Assembly (NCBI GenBank): GCA_049969675.1
Contig: JBMFOP010000028.1
Span: forward strand, 2,399 to 33,055
From: Myxococcota bacterium
Lineage (GTDB): Bacteria; Myxococcota; SpSt-1050
Reading direction: 5' to 3'
Length of the DNA stretch: 30,657 nucleotides
In this document: positions 11,207 through 19,724 of the stretch, one piece after another
Numbering within the stretch: the first letter of the stretch is position 1
How the letters are laid out: each line of letters starts with the position of its first letter
Program-made: the position numbers and the translations under genes
Notes under the pieces: model-generated
What the model was told of the DNA's origin: nothing
Database searches by the model: none
The model's input: only the letters and a program-made list of their open reading frames with translations

Positions 11207-13699
11207 TTATCCTTCATTCAGCATCCTGAGTTCTCCCTCTGTTCTCTCTCTCATATAAAGGGCACCGGCAAAGCACTTCTGTACACATATTGAACAACCA
11301 ATACATCTTGACGGGTCTGTCTCTGGAATCTTTTTATTATTTAATCTTATTGCCAGATACGGACATCTGGTGCAGTTTCCGCAGTGTTGACAGAGCCCCT
11401 CTCTCACCTGTGAAATCTTCTTGATCGGAGTCAGCTCCATAAAAGGTGTTATTGGGTCTGGGAGTGCAGCACCTCTCAATTCGGCTATTGAATTGAACCC
11501 CCGTGATTTCATCAGATAACTGACTCCCATCATCAGGTCGTCAATTATCCCATAGCCATATTTCATTACGATTGTACAGAATTGAACAGTATTTACACCG
11601 AGCGCAAGGAAATCGGCCGCCGCTTTATAGTCCATAGGCCCGCCATTGCCGGATACCTCAATGCTCATCTTTGATACATTTGCCAGTGTCAGATAACTAA
11701 TAGGCAGTACCCCTTCACCGCTCATACCAACAATTATCCCCTCTTCCCACCTCTCTTTCTTCCCTTTTCTAAATGCCAGTGTTGGGAATGTGTTTGCAAG
11801 TGTAATCCCTGCCATCTTATCGGGATATCTCTGAAAGACCTCTTTTATGGCACTTACAATCGGATAGATGGATGTGACTGCGGCTGTCAATTTAAATAGT
11901 TTTGGGATCTCTGGATCGGATACCTCCATAACCCAGCCAACTATCTTTGCAGTGAGATCTGGGTCCTGCGAGACAATATCCCCTTTTGTACCGTCTCCCC
12001 CCTGAGGGCAGCTGAGACTGTATTCAATCGCCTTAACCCCTGCATTTTCAAGCCTCTTTGTATTGGACTGCCAGACTCTACTATCTGATTCGTCATTCCC
12101 TGTAACCGGCCCACCGGTTGATACGATTGTAAGTCTATCTGGATACTCCCTGATTAATCTTTCAGCCTCGCGTGCCACTCTATCAAGTGGATGAGCTGAG
12201 ACATTGTCGCAATTTGCATAGGTAGACTTTCCAAACACAAACATATATTCTGAGGGGATGTGTATAGGGACATTGTCAAAAGTGGTCTTCATTACGCCAC
12301 CGGCCCAACCCATATCGTATGCCTTCTTCATCTGCTCATATCCATCTGATGGGGGGGCCGCCGAGAGAATAAATGGAGAGATAATATCCATATTAAAAAA
12401 TTTTGTAGTGAGCGGAATCGGTTGTTTTATCAGACCTTTTAAGATATAGAAGCTCTTAAAGTCCTTTTTAATTGAGATTGCCTTCTCTTTCTTTAGAAAA
12501 GAATCTATTCTCAGTGCTGCATTCTTTCCACTTGCAACTGCCTCCACCACGGTCGTTGGACCATTGACGAGGTCACCTGCATAGAAGACCCCCTTTTTAT
12601 TTACAATCCTGAATGACCCCCTTGCCCCTATAGATTGTACGATGATATCAAATCCATCCCTCCTCTGCTCGGTCCCTTTCAAATCCTTTACAAGAGATGG
12701 ATGAAACTTACATCCCTCTTTTAAAAAGACCTTTACTGTCTCAAGAGAAATCTTCCTCCCCTTCTTTGATATCCCTGTAATCCTTGTGCGATTGGTGAGG
12801 TGGATATTGTATTTAAGAAGCTCTTCAAACTCCTTTTTAGTAAGTGGTAGTTCAGATAATCTCTCCAATGTAAATAGTTCTACAAGATTTGCACCTCTCT
12901 CTTTAGCCACGATGGCACAATCAACTGCAACTGCCCCACCACCTATAATAGCAACATTTCTACCTTTAAGTGCAACCCCTTTCTGCTCACTCAAAAATTT
13001 AATCCAGTCAACAGTATGCTCAACCCCTTTAATATTCAGGCTATATGGCGAATTCAATCCTGTTGCAACAAGCACTGCATCATACTCTGCAAGTAGCTGT
13101 TCCGCATCTTCAACTTTACTCTTTGGTTTAAAATTGATGTTACCAAGTGAAAGTATAAATTCTATGTCAGATTTCAAGACATATTTATCAAGTCTTGAAT
13201 CTGGAATCAGATTGCACATCCCCCCGGGTTTATATCCCTCTTCATAGATTGTGATATTATAACCCATCTGTGCAAGAGAAGCCGCCGCACCAAGCCCTGC
13301 CGGGCCTCCGCCAACAATAGCCACATTAAATTCATTTGGTTCAGGAAGATTAAACCTCGGAAGCAGATTCATCTCTTTCGCCTTCTGTATGATAGTCGCC
13401 TGAACCGCTGGAATATTTATCGGATTATCAAATGTCTTCCTTGAACAGGCAGCCATACAGTGCCTATCCGGACAGACTGCCCCGCAGATGCCACCCATTG
13501 GATTTGCAGAGTATATAAGTGCCGCTGCCCTCTCAAAATCTGAGGGAAAGAATCTCTTCGCCGCCATCATAAAATCGGCCGGAGAGCAATGTGCAGGGCA
13601 CGCATCCCGACAGGGCTTCTCCTCACAAAATTCACACCTCTCAATCTCTGATTTGAGCTGCGCATCTGTGAGAAACTTTATCTCTTTTCTATTCTTCAT
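11207..13699 (-). CDS. Single-chain dihydropyrimidine-dehydrogenase-like Fe-S flavoenzyme (PreT-PreA fusion, DPYD domain order)
   Basis: N-terminal CxxCxxxxCxxxCP...CGAVCP Fe-S domain, GGGPAG FAD motif, GGGAVAVD NAD(P)H motif, FMN barrel (KT, SCPQG, NT, GNGG) and a C-terminal 8-Cys ferredoxin. Confidence 0.85.
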   Translation of the reverse strand: MKNRKEIKFLTDAQLKSEIERCEFCEEKPCRDACPAHCSPADFMMAAKRFFPSDFERAAALIYSANPMGGICGAVCPDRHCMAACSRKTFDNPINIPAVQATIIQKAKEMNLLPRFNLPEPNEFNVAIVGGGPAGLGAAASLAQMGYNITIYEEGYKPGGMCNLIPDSRLDKYVLKSDIEFILSLGNINFKPKSKVEDAEQLLAEYDAVLVATGLNSPYSLNIKGVEHTVDWIKFLSEQKGVALKGRNVAIIGGGAVAVDCAIVAKERGANLVELFTLERLSELPLTKKEFEELLKYNIHLTNRTRITGISKKGRKISLETVKVFLKEGCKFHPSLVKDLKGTEQRRDGFDIIVQSIGARGSFRIVNKKGVFYAGDLVNGPTTVVEAVASGKNAALRIDSFLKKEKAISIKKDFKSFYILKGLIKQPIPLTTKFFNMDIISPFILSAAPPSDGYEQMKKAYDMGWAGGVMKTTFDNVPIHIPSEYMFVFGKSTYANCDNVSAHPLDRVAREAERLIREYPDRLTIVSTGGPVTGNDESDSRVWQSNTKRLENAGVKAIEYSLSCPQGGDGTKGDIVSQDPDLTAKIVGWVMEVSDPEIPKLFKLTAAVTSIYPIVSAIKEVFQRYPDKMAGITLANTFPTLAFRKGKKERWEEGIIVGMSGEGVLPISYLTLANVSKMSIEVSGNGGPMDYKAAADFLALGVNTVQFCTIVMKYGYGIIDDLMMGVSYLMKSRGFNSIAELRGAALPDPITPFMELTPIKKISQVREGLCQHCGNCTRCPYLAIRLNNKKIPETDPSRCIGCSICVQKCFAGALYMRERTEGELRMLNEG

Positions 13700-13791
13700 A
13701 TTAACTCCTTATAGATTGGTTAGTCACCAAACATGAGTCCCGGATTTATTACAATAATTTCAAAAATGCAAAATTTTTGTATATTTTGTGT

Positions 13792-14252
13792 GACACATCT
13801 GTCCAGAATAAATATTTTTTGATATGGAAGCCTCAGCAGGATAAGATTATTCTGTCAATCAAAAAACCCTGAAAGGAGGTTTAAATATATCATTATCTCT
13901 GGACAGATCTATAATTGGCGTAAGCAAATTCTACAGGATTATTAGTTTTGTAAGGCGGTAGAGGAGACGATTATTATGAGACAAAACACCTGTGAGTTTT
14001 CTTATAGATTAAACATACAGGGAGTTATGGGAATGGATGAATAAACCCTGTGAAACCTTACCTGTTGTGCCAGATGTAGCCATTGTAGGGGCAGTTCTTA
14101 TTTAAAGATATTGAAGTTGGACAGCATTTCAATGGATAGTGTATTGAAGAAAGGAGGATAACCTGATTTTGAAAATATGCATTTATCTGTCTATAATTTT
14201 TATTTTACAAATTGTTAACATCTCAAATCAGATTATTTTGGACAGCAGTGTC
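13792..14252. mobile_element. Candidate non-autonomous element or structured region bounded by imperfect inverted repeats of about 35 bp
   Basis: 13792-13826 (GACACATCTGTCCAGAATAAATATTTTTTGATATG) matches the reverse complement of 14219-14252 (GACACTGCTGTCCAAAATAATCTGATTTGAGATG) at about 27/35 by hand. Extra TGGACAG copies lie inside. No target-site duplication seen. Confidence 0.35.
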
Positions 14253-15437
14253 TGAAAATATTATTTCACCGGGGCTACCGAATTCATCCTTGAACATAGT
14301 ATAAAATTCATCCAGAACCTGTTCAAAGTCTTCATATCTCTCATCAATTCTATCCCTCGTCATCTTATCAAATATCTTATCTATTGCCTCCGGGACCCCC
14401 TTTACAACAACAGATGGAAGCTGTGACCTTCTCCCTGGTATTGAACCAGTTAGCATCTCATATAAAATTATTCCGAGTGAGTAGATATCACTCTGTTTTA
14501 TAATATCTTCACTACCTGAAAGTATCTCTGGCGGTTGATACGCGATAGACTGTGCCCCAATGAAGACCTGCGGGACCTGAACTCCTGGTCTTGCCCTGAT
14601 AATCCTGTTCATCCCGAAGTCAGAGACCTTTATATTGTCTTGAGCGGTAAAGAGTATATTCTCCGGCTTTAAATTCTGATGGATGATTCCCTGTCTGTGT
14701 GCATAGTTTAGGGCGTAGCATATCTGTAAGAAGATCCTGATAGACCTTTTTATGTCCTCCTCATTTTTTACACCTATATACTGCCTGAGATTTCCCCTGG
14801 GGGCATATTCTGTAATAAAATATGGTGTGGAGGATTCAAGGTTTGCATCAATGATGTTCAGAATACAGGGGTGAGAGAGAGAGGCTGCAGAGGAGAGTTC
14901 ATCTTTAAGCCTTATTACCACCTCGCTCCGCTGGATGAAACTATAATAAGAGAACAGGTCCTTTATCTCCTTGATTGCCACAATCTGTGAGGTGATTGCA
15001 TGCTTCCCCTTAAATACGCTACCTATTATTCCCGAACCTATCTGCTCCATCCTGACATATCTTGGATCCAGTCTGATTGGAGTTGGGGTTGGTATCTCCT
15101 GTATCTCCTGAATATCCTCCTGCGCATCAATAATCACATTTCCAAAATAGCCCTCCACCTCTTCTATAATCCTTGTCCCGGCTGCATCGGCCGCTGCTGC
15201 AACGCCTTTATCAGACAATATAACCCTACCCTCTTTGAGTAAGACATAGTTGAATTTATTTAAGAACTTGAAGTACTCCTGAAATTCAAGTGCAAGATTG
15301 CCAGAGTATAGAGCCTTCATATCTGCAAGAGTGCGGCTCCTCCCCTCACGTTGATCCCGCATAATCTGCTTTAGAACCTGTGAGATGTCCTGAAGAAGCA
15401 CATCCTTTGAGACGGCAGTACTGTTTTCAGAAGACAT
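14223..15437 (-). CDS. Hanks-type Ser/Thr kinase-like protein, probable pseudokinase, with an N-terminal helical domain of about 110 aa
   Basis: GSGIIG loop, VAIK, DFG, PPE and SDIYSLG are present, but the catalytic loop reads HQNLKPEN. No TM segment. SD AAGGAG. Confidence 0.88.
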   Translation of the reverse strand: MSSENSTAVSKDVLLQDISQVLKQIMRDQREGRSRTLADMKALYSGNLALEFQEYFKFLNKFNYVLLKEGRVILSDKGVAAAADAAGTRIIEEVEGYFGNVIIDAQEDIQEIQEIPTPTPIRLDPRYVRMEQIGSGIIGSVFKGKHAITSQIVAIKEIKDLFSYYSFIQRSEVVIRLKDELSSAASLSHPCILNIIDANLESSTPYFITEYAPRGNLRQYIGVKNEEDIKRSIRIFLQICYALNYAHRQGIIHQNLKPENILFTAQDNIKVSDFGMNRIIRARPGVQVPQVFIGAQSIAYQPPEILSGSEDIIKQSDIYSLGIILYEMLTGSIPGRRSQLPSVVVKGVPEAIDKIFDKMTRDRIDERYEDFEQVLDEFYTMFKDEFGSPGEIIFSDTAVQNNLI

Positions 15438-15556
15438 AACTTAACTCCTTCAAAGGTTTACAATAGACTCATATCAGAGTATCTTCTATTTTTCAACAAT
15501 TAACAACGAGGATTTTTATTGTAAAAGTAGAAATTTTATGTAATAGTACCGCCATT

Positions 15557-15826
15557 ATGAAGAGGCTTTTCATATTTGGCATTCTGATCTCTCTCTGGTC
15601 CTGCAGCGAACCCTGTCTGGACCTTGCCAATCGTATATGCAATTGTGAGCCGACCGCAAACAGAAGAAATACCTGTAAAAATATATATGTAAAAAATAAT
15701 CCAGTCTCCATCTCCGATGATGATGAGAAGAGGTGTGAAGAGCTCCTCAAAAGCTGTGATTGTGCAACTCTGGACGCTGGAAATTTCTCAGCCTGCGGTC
15801 TCTCCAGACCAATTACTATAGAATAA
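15557..15826 (+). CDS. Small Cys-rich lipoprotein
   Basis: MKR, hydrophobic core and LWS-C lipobox. Eight further Cys in about 70 aa. Divergent from the pseudokinase. Confidence 0.8.
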   Translation: MKRLFIFGILISLWSCSEPCLDLANRICNCEPTANRRNTCKNIYVKNNPVSISDDDEKRCEELLKSCDCATLDAGNFSACGLSRPITIE

Positions 15827-15850
15827 TTATGTCCTCTTTGAATTCCATTG

Positions 15851-16281
15851 CTATCCAGAATACCCTAAACTTTCAGATTGTTTTTTTGTAAGATAAGGTC
15901 TACAATCCAGATTTGTCCTGAATCTCTTATTCTCTTCATTCCAACAATACCCCCCTTTAATGACACAATAATAAAAGGTATCTGGCTTATTAAATATTTT
16001 ATCACATTCTTTGTAATATGTCTCCTCTAAATTGCTCATACAACATATATCATCTATTATCGCATCTGATGGCTGAGTAAAACTATAACACTCTTCTGGA
16101 ATTGGAATCTTATAATCCATATTGTATGTCCAGTTATCTGCTAATAACAGCTATATACAAAATTTAACAGTGTAGTACAATCTGCTACATGCACATGCTC
16201 CTCTCCAATAAACTCTAATATACAGGATTCTATGATGATAATTGCTAAAATAATAGAAATAATTCCTTTTTTTCTCTTTAT
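15851..16281 (-). pseudogene. Frameshifted Cys-rich lipoprotein gene (ORF 15851-16120 is its 3' part)
   Basis: An upstream frame (16281-16141) encodes IKRKKGIISIILAIIIIES-C...VYSCY then TAG. A one-base shift gives ADNWTYN-MDYKIPIP. No in-frame ATG at the signal peptide (ATA instead). Confidence 0.55.
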
Positions 16282-16415
16282 ATCCAGATTGATAGGAACA
16301 TAAAATAACAGCGGGAAATCTTTTCACTTAGTACCTTCTATCATCTTTTTTATATTACCTAACTTCTTATGTAGAATGTCAGGCACTTCATAAACATTTT
16401 TATAATCGCCCGGTT

Positions 16416-16471
16416 GTGGGTCGGTTTTTTGAAGTCATTTAAGCGGTGGTCCAATTTTTGAGGCGTTTAAA
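16416..16471 (+). mobile_element. Possible IS21-family terminal (right-end) remnant
   Basis: Tandem motifs GTGGGTCGGTTTTTT (16416-16430) and GTGGTCCAATTTTT (16446-16459), followed by GGCGTTTAAA. This resembles IS21-type repeated transposase-binding ends, with the terminal CA decayed. No istA/istB nearby. Confidence 0.4.
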
Positions 16472-16555
16472 AATTCAATATTGCTCTGAACACTACAGCG
16501 CGATGTTATGAATAGAGAAACCAACTATGGTATATTAAAAGAAGGGTTGAAAGAC

Positions 16556-18115
16556 TTAACTCTTCTCACCGAATAAAAAATCTTTGACCCTTTTCATCAG
16601 TGCATCTTTTGTAATGGGTTTCTGGATAAAGATTGAGTTTTCAAATCTGAGTATCTCTCCATCATTGTCTGGATAACCAGAGATAAAGACCACCTTCAGG
16701 TCCCTGTATTTCTCCCTCACCGTTCGGGCGAGTTCCAGCCCTCCCATCTTTGGCATAATTACATCTGTTATAAGGGCGATAAGATTGGTCGGTTTATTCC
16801 TCGTGAGCATCACCAGTGCACCCAACCCATCAATCGCATCCATAATATTATAACCTTCCTCCATAAATATTCTAATCAGTATATCCTTTACCTCCTCATC
16901 GTCCTCTACAATCAGTACTGTACCTTCGGGTTTAGAAATATATTCTGAAACACGGGGAAGGAGTATCTCCTTTGAATCTCTCTTAAAGGTGGGGAGATAA
17001 AAATAATAAAAATTCCCTCTCCCTTCTATACTTTCAAAATCCATTATCCCGTTGTGTTCCCAGATAATTCCATAACTGACAGCCATACCTATATTATCTG
17101 ACTTCTCCTTAGAAGAGCCAGAGAAGTATGGCTCAAATATATGTCTTGCCAATTCCCTATCAATCGCCTTTGCTGAATCCGCGAGCGTAAATCTGACATA
17201 CTCTCCTTTTTTGAGCCCGCTCGCCTTTAAGAATTCATCTCCCTCCTCAAATGAAAGGAGATCTGCTCCAAGATTGATTACACCCCCATCTGGCATCAAT
17301 CTCTTGCAGTTTTCAACAACCTTCCTGAATGCCTCTATCAGAAGACGCTCATCACCCTTAATCTCACAGGGGGTCTGTGAGCGAACTACATTGATATGAA
17401 TATTCATACCAGAAACTGCCTTTAGATTATCCGCCAATTTATAGAGAAAGGAGTTTACCTCAATCAACTGGCTATTTAGGACTACTCCACCTGCAACACA
17501 CAATAACATCCTTACAAACTCTTCACCCCTTCCTGCCACCTTTATCAACTGCTCTACATCATCCTTCAGATGGGGAAGTAGCCCCTTATCCGCGGATAGA
17601 AATGCCGCATTGTTTAAGACCACCATTATCAAATTATTGATTTTGTGAGAGACATTTCCAGCAAACCTCCTAATCAACTCATACTTCTCCACATTCTCTC
17701 TTATTTGATTATATCGCTCATTCTTTCTCTTCAGTTGAGCCAGTCTCAACTCATCAAGGGCTACCTCAAAGAGCCTTTCAGGGTCATCCTTTTTTAAAAA
17801 ATTGGTAGCCCCACTTCTAATTACCTCTGCGGATTTTATGCTATCAATAACATTTGAATAGACAAGCAAAGGTAAAAATCTGTCATATTCATCTCTCTTC
17901 TTTATAATAAATTCAAGCGGAATTCTACACTCATCTAAATCATAAAATATCAGATTCCAGCCATTTTCTCCCATTGCCCTATTGAGTTCATTCTCATCTC
18001 CTATATGTCTGAAGGTAGGGTAAATTGACCTTTTCTCAAATAATCTCTGAATCCTATCCAAATCTTCTCCGCTACTACCACAGAAAAGGTAGTTAAAACT
18101 TTTGATAGGCTCCAT
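16556..18115 (-). CDS. Hybrid REC-HisKA-HATPase-REC protein (CckA-like) with degenerate ATP-binding boxes
   Basis: H-box GNVSHKINNL, F-box IFEPYFS and an intact C-terminal receiver (VEDD, TDVIMP, ISGY, QKP). N, G1 and G2 boxes are degenerate. SD GAGGAGG. Confidence 0.85.
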   Translation of the reverse strand: MEPIKSFNYLFCGSSGEDLDRIQRLFEKRSIYPTFRHIGDENELNRAMGENGWNLIFYDLDECRIPLEFIIKKRDEYDRFLPLLVYSNVIDSIKSAEVIRSGATNFLKKDDPERLFEVALDELRLAQLKRKNERYNQIRENVEKYELIRRFAGNVSHKINNLIMVVLNNAAFLSADKGLLPHLKDDVEQLIKVAGRGEEFVRMLLCVAGGVVLNSQLIEVNSFLYKLADNLKAVSGMNIHINVVRSQTPCEIKGDERLLIEAFRKVVENCKRLMPDGGVINLGADLLSFEEGDEFLKASGLKKGEYVRFTLADSAKAIDRELARHIFEPYFSGSSKEKSDNIGMAVSYGIIWEHNGIMDFESIEGRGNFYYFYLPTFKRDSKEILLPRVSEYISKPEGTVLIVEDDEEVKDILIRIFMEEGYNIMDAIDGLGALVMLTRNKPTNLIALITDVIMPKMGGLELARTVREKYRDLKVVFISGYPDNDGEILRFENSIFIQKPITKDALMKRVKDFLFGEKS

Positions 18116-18158
18116 CTCAACCCTCCTCTTGAAGTAGATTCAGGTAAATATTATGAAT

Positions 18159-18186
18159 TGTATGAATATATATGTATGAATATATA
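18159..18186. repeat. Perfect 14-bp tandem duplication (TGTATGAATATATA x2) upstream of the hybrid kinase
   Basis: Copies at 18159-18172 and 18173-18186. Confidence 0.85.
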
Positions 18187-18323
18187 TCATCTGTTAGGTA
18201 ATAAATTACATATTTTCAGGATTTGTCAAGTTTATTACACACCACCAATTGAGTAAAATTTATCCCCCTCTCTTAATTCCACCGCTGTCCAAAATTTTCT
18301 AAATTAACAGGCTAATGTAAAAA

Positions 18324-19436
18324 TTACATTACATCTTTTAATGGAGTATATTCAAGCCCTAAAGAGTCTGCCACGGCTTTATATACGAGTGCGCCCCTGT
18401 AGCAATTTACACCGAGTTCAAGTGGTTTATATTTCTTTATCGCCTTCTCAACACCTAAATTTGCGAGTATTACACCCCAGCCTGTCGTCTCATTTGTGAG
18501 TGCAAATGTAGAGGTTCTTGCAACCGCACCGGGCATATTTGCCACACAATAATGAACAACACCGTACTTCTTAAATGTGGGATTCTCGTGTGTTGTTGGT
18601 TTGACAGTCTCAATGCAACCACCCTGATCCACCGCCACATCCACTATAACCGAACCCTCGCTCATCTTCTTTACCATTGACTCTGGAACCAGAATTGGTG
18701 CCCTTGCACCGGGGACGAGCACTGCGCCTACCACAAGGTCAGATGTAAGGACCGACTCCTCAATATTTGTTGAATTTGAATATAGAGTCTGAACACGGGA
18801 GCCAAATATATCGTCAAGGTAGTTGAGTCTCGGGATACTCACATCCAGAATTGTAACCTCGGCGCCAAGCCCAACCGCCATCTTTGCAGCATTTGTGCCA
18901 ACTGTGCCACCGCCGATGATGGTGACCTTCCCCTTCTTAACTCCGGGAACACCACCCAGAAGGACGCCCTTTCCTTCATGCTCTTTCTGAAGTGCCATGG
19001 CCCCTACCTGAATTGACATCCTGCCAGCGATCTCACTCATAGGTCTTAAGAGTGGAAGGCTATGGTCCTCAAGCTCAATAGTCTCATAGGCAACTGCAAT
19101 CACCTTGGATTTGAGCAGTGCCTTTGTAAGTGTAGGTTCTGCCGCAAGATGAAAATATGTATAAATCACAAGCCCTTCTCTAAAAAATTTGTATTCGCTC
19201 TCCTGAGGCTCCTTGACCTTTACTATCATCTCAGCCTTCTCCCATACCTCTCTGGCGGTATTTAGAATCTTCGCACCCGCTGCTACATACTGCTCATCAG
19301 ATATTCCACTCCCTTCTCCAGCCCCTTTCTCTATAAATACAATGTGTCCAGCCTCTACAAATTGTTTGACTCCCGCTGGCACCATCCCCACTCTGAACTC
19401 CTTTACCTTGATCTCCTTTGGTACTCCTATAATCAT
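18324..19436 (-). CDS. ald: Alanine dehydrogenase
   Basis: [41 protein letters not shown] and YCVANMPG. Start 19436 follows SD AAGGAGGT. Confidence 0.97.
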   Translation of the reverse strand: MIIGVPKEIKVKEFRVGMVPAGVKQFVEAGHIVFIEKGAGEGSGISDEQYVAAGAKILNTAREVWEKAEMIVKVKEPQESEYKFFREGLVIYTYFHLAAEPTLTKALLKSKVIAVAYETIELEDHSLPLLRPMSEIAGRMSIQVGAMALQKEHEGKGVLLGGVPGVKKGKVTIIGGGTVGTNAAKMAVGLGAEVTILDVSIPRLNYLDDIFGSRVQTLYSNSTNIEESVLTSDLVVGAVLVPGARAPILVPESMVKKMSEGSVIVDVAVDQGGCIETVKPTTHENPTFKKYGVVHYCVANMPGAVARTSTFALTNETTGWGVILANLGVEKAIKKYKPLELGVNCYRGALVYKAVADSLGLEYTPLKDVM

Positions 19437-19494
19437 TGAAACCTCCTTTGAAATAGGCAAAGAGAGATAAGCATACTAAAATTTTGTAGTCAAT

Positions 19495-19716
19495 CTAAAT
19501 AGACGATTTTTTAATTCTGCCCAGATACAAGAATATCTGACCGACGATCAGCATTATCATCCCCCACCAGAGATTGGGATTTGTCCACTTTGCTGCATAA
19601 CTTTGAGGTGGCAAGAAGAGATAATAGACCCCTGCACCGGTTATAATTAGGCCATATATGAGCATCATACAACCGACCCAGAACCATACGGATATCATCT
19701 GCTTTGTATCTTCCAT
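19495..19716 (-). CDS. Small 2-TM membrane protein associated with the SSS transporter
   Basis: Two hydrophobic helices (ISVWFWVG...GVYYL and NLWWGMIMLIVG). Start 19716 follows GAGGTGG. An alternative start at 19728 overlaps the SSS stop. Confidence 0.75.
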   Translation of the reverse strand: MEDTKQMISVWFWVGCMMLIYGLIITGAGVYYLFLPPQSYAAKWTNPNLWWGMIMLIVGQIFLYLGRIKKSSI

Positions 19717-19724
19717 AGTCCACC

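Noticed and set aside
13700..13910. Known riboswitch (purine, glycine, SAM, c-di-GMP, c-di-AMP) upstream of the flavoenzyme
   Set aside because: I could not match the conserved cores on the coding strand. Only generic stems were found, and these are reported as a finding.
16151..16327. Stop-codon readthrough joining a GTG-started frame to ORF 15851-16120
   Set aside because: The upstream in-frame peptide looks non-coding, while the neighbouring frame has a clear lipoprotein-like signal. A frameshift is the simpler explanation.
16405..16430. Intrinsic terminator (weak hairpin plus T6)
   Set aside because: The stem is bulged and weak, no plus-strand gene ends nearby, and an IS21-like end motif explains it better.
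16357..16512. Integron attC site (minus-strand GTTAGGT core ahead of the lipoprotein pseudogene)
   Set aside because: No matching inverse core and L boxes within normal attC length, and no integrase or cassette array.
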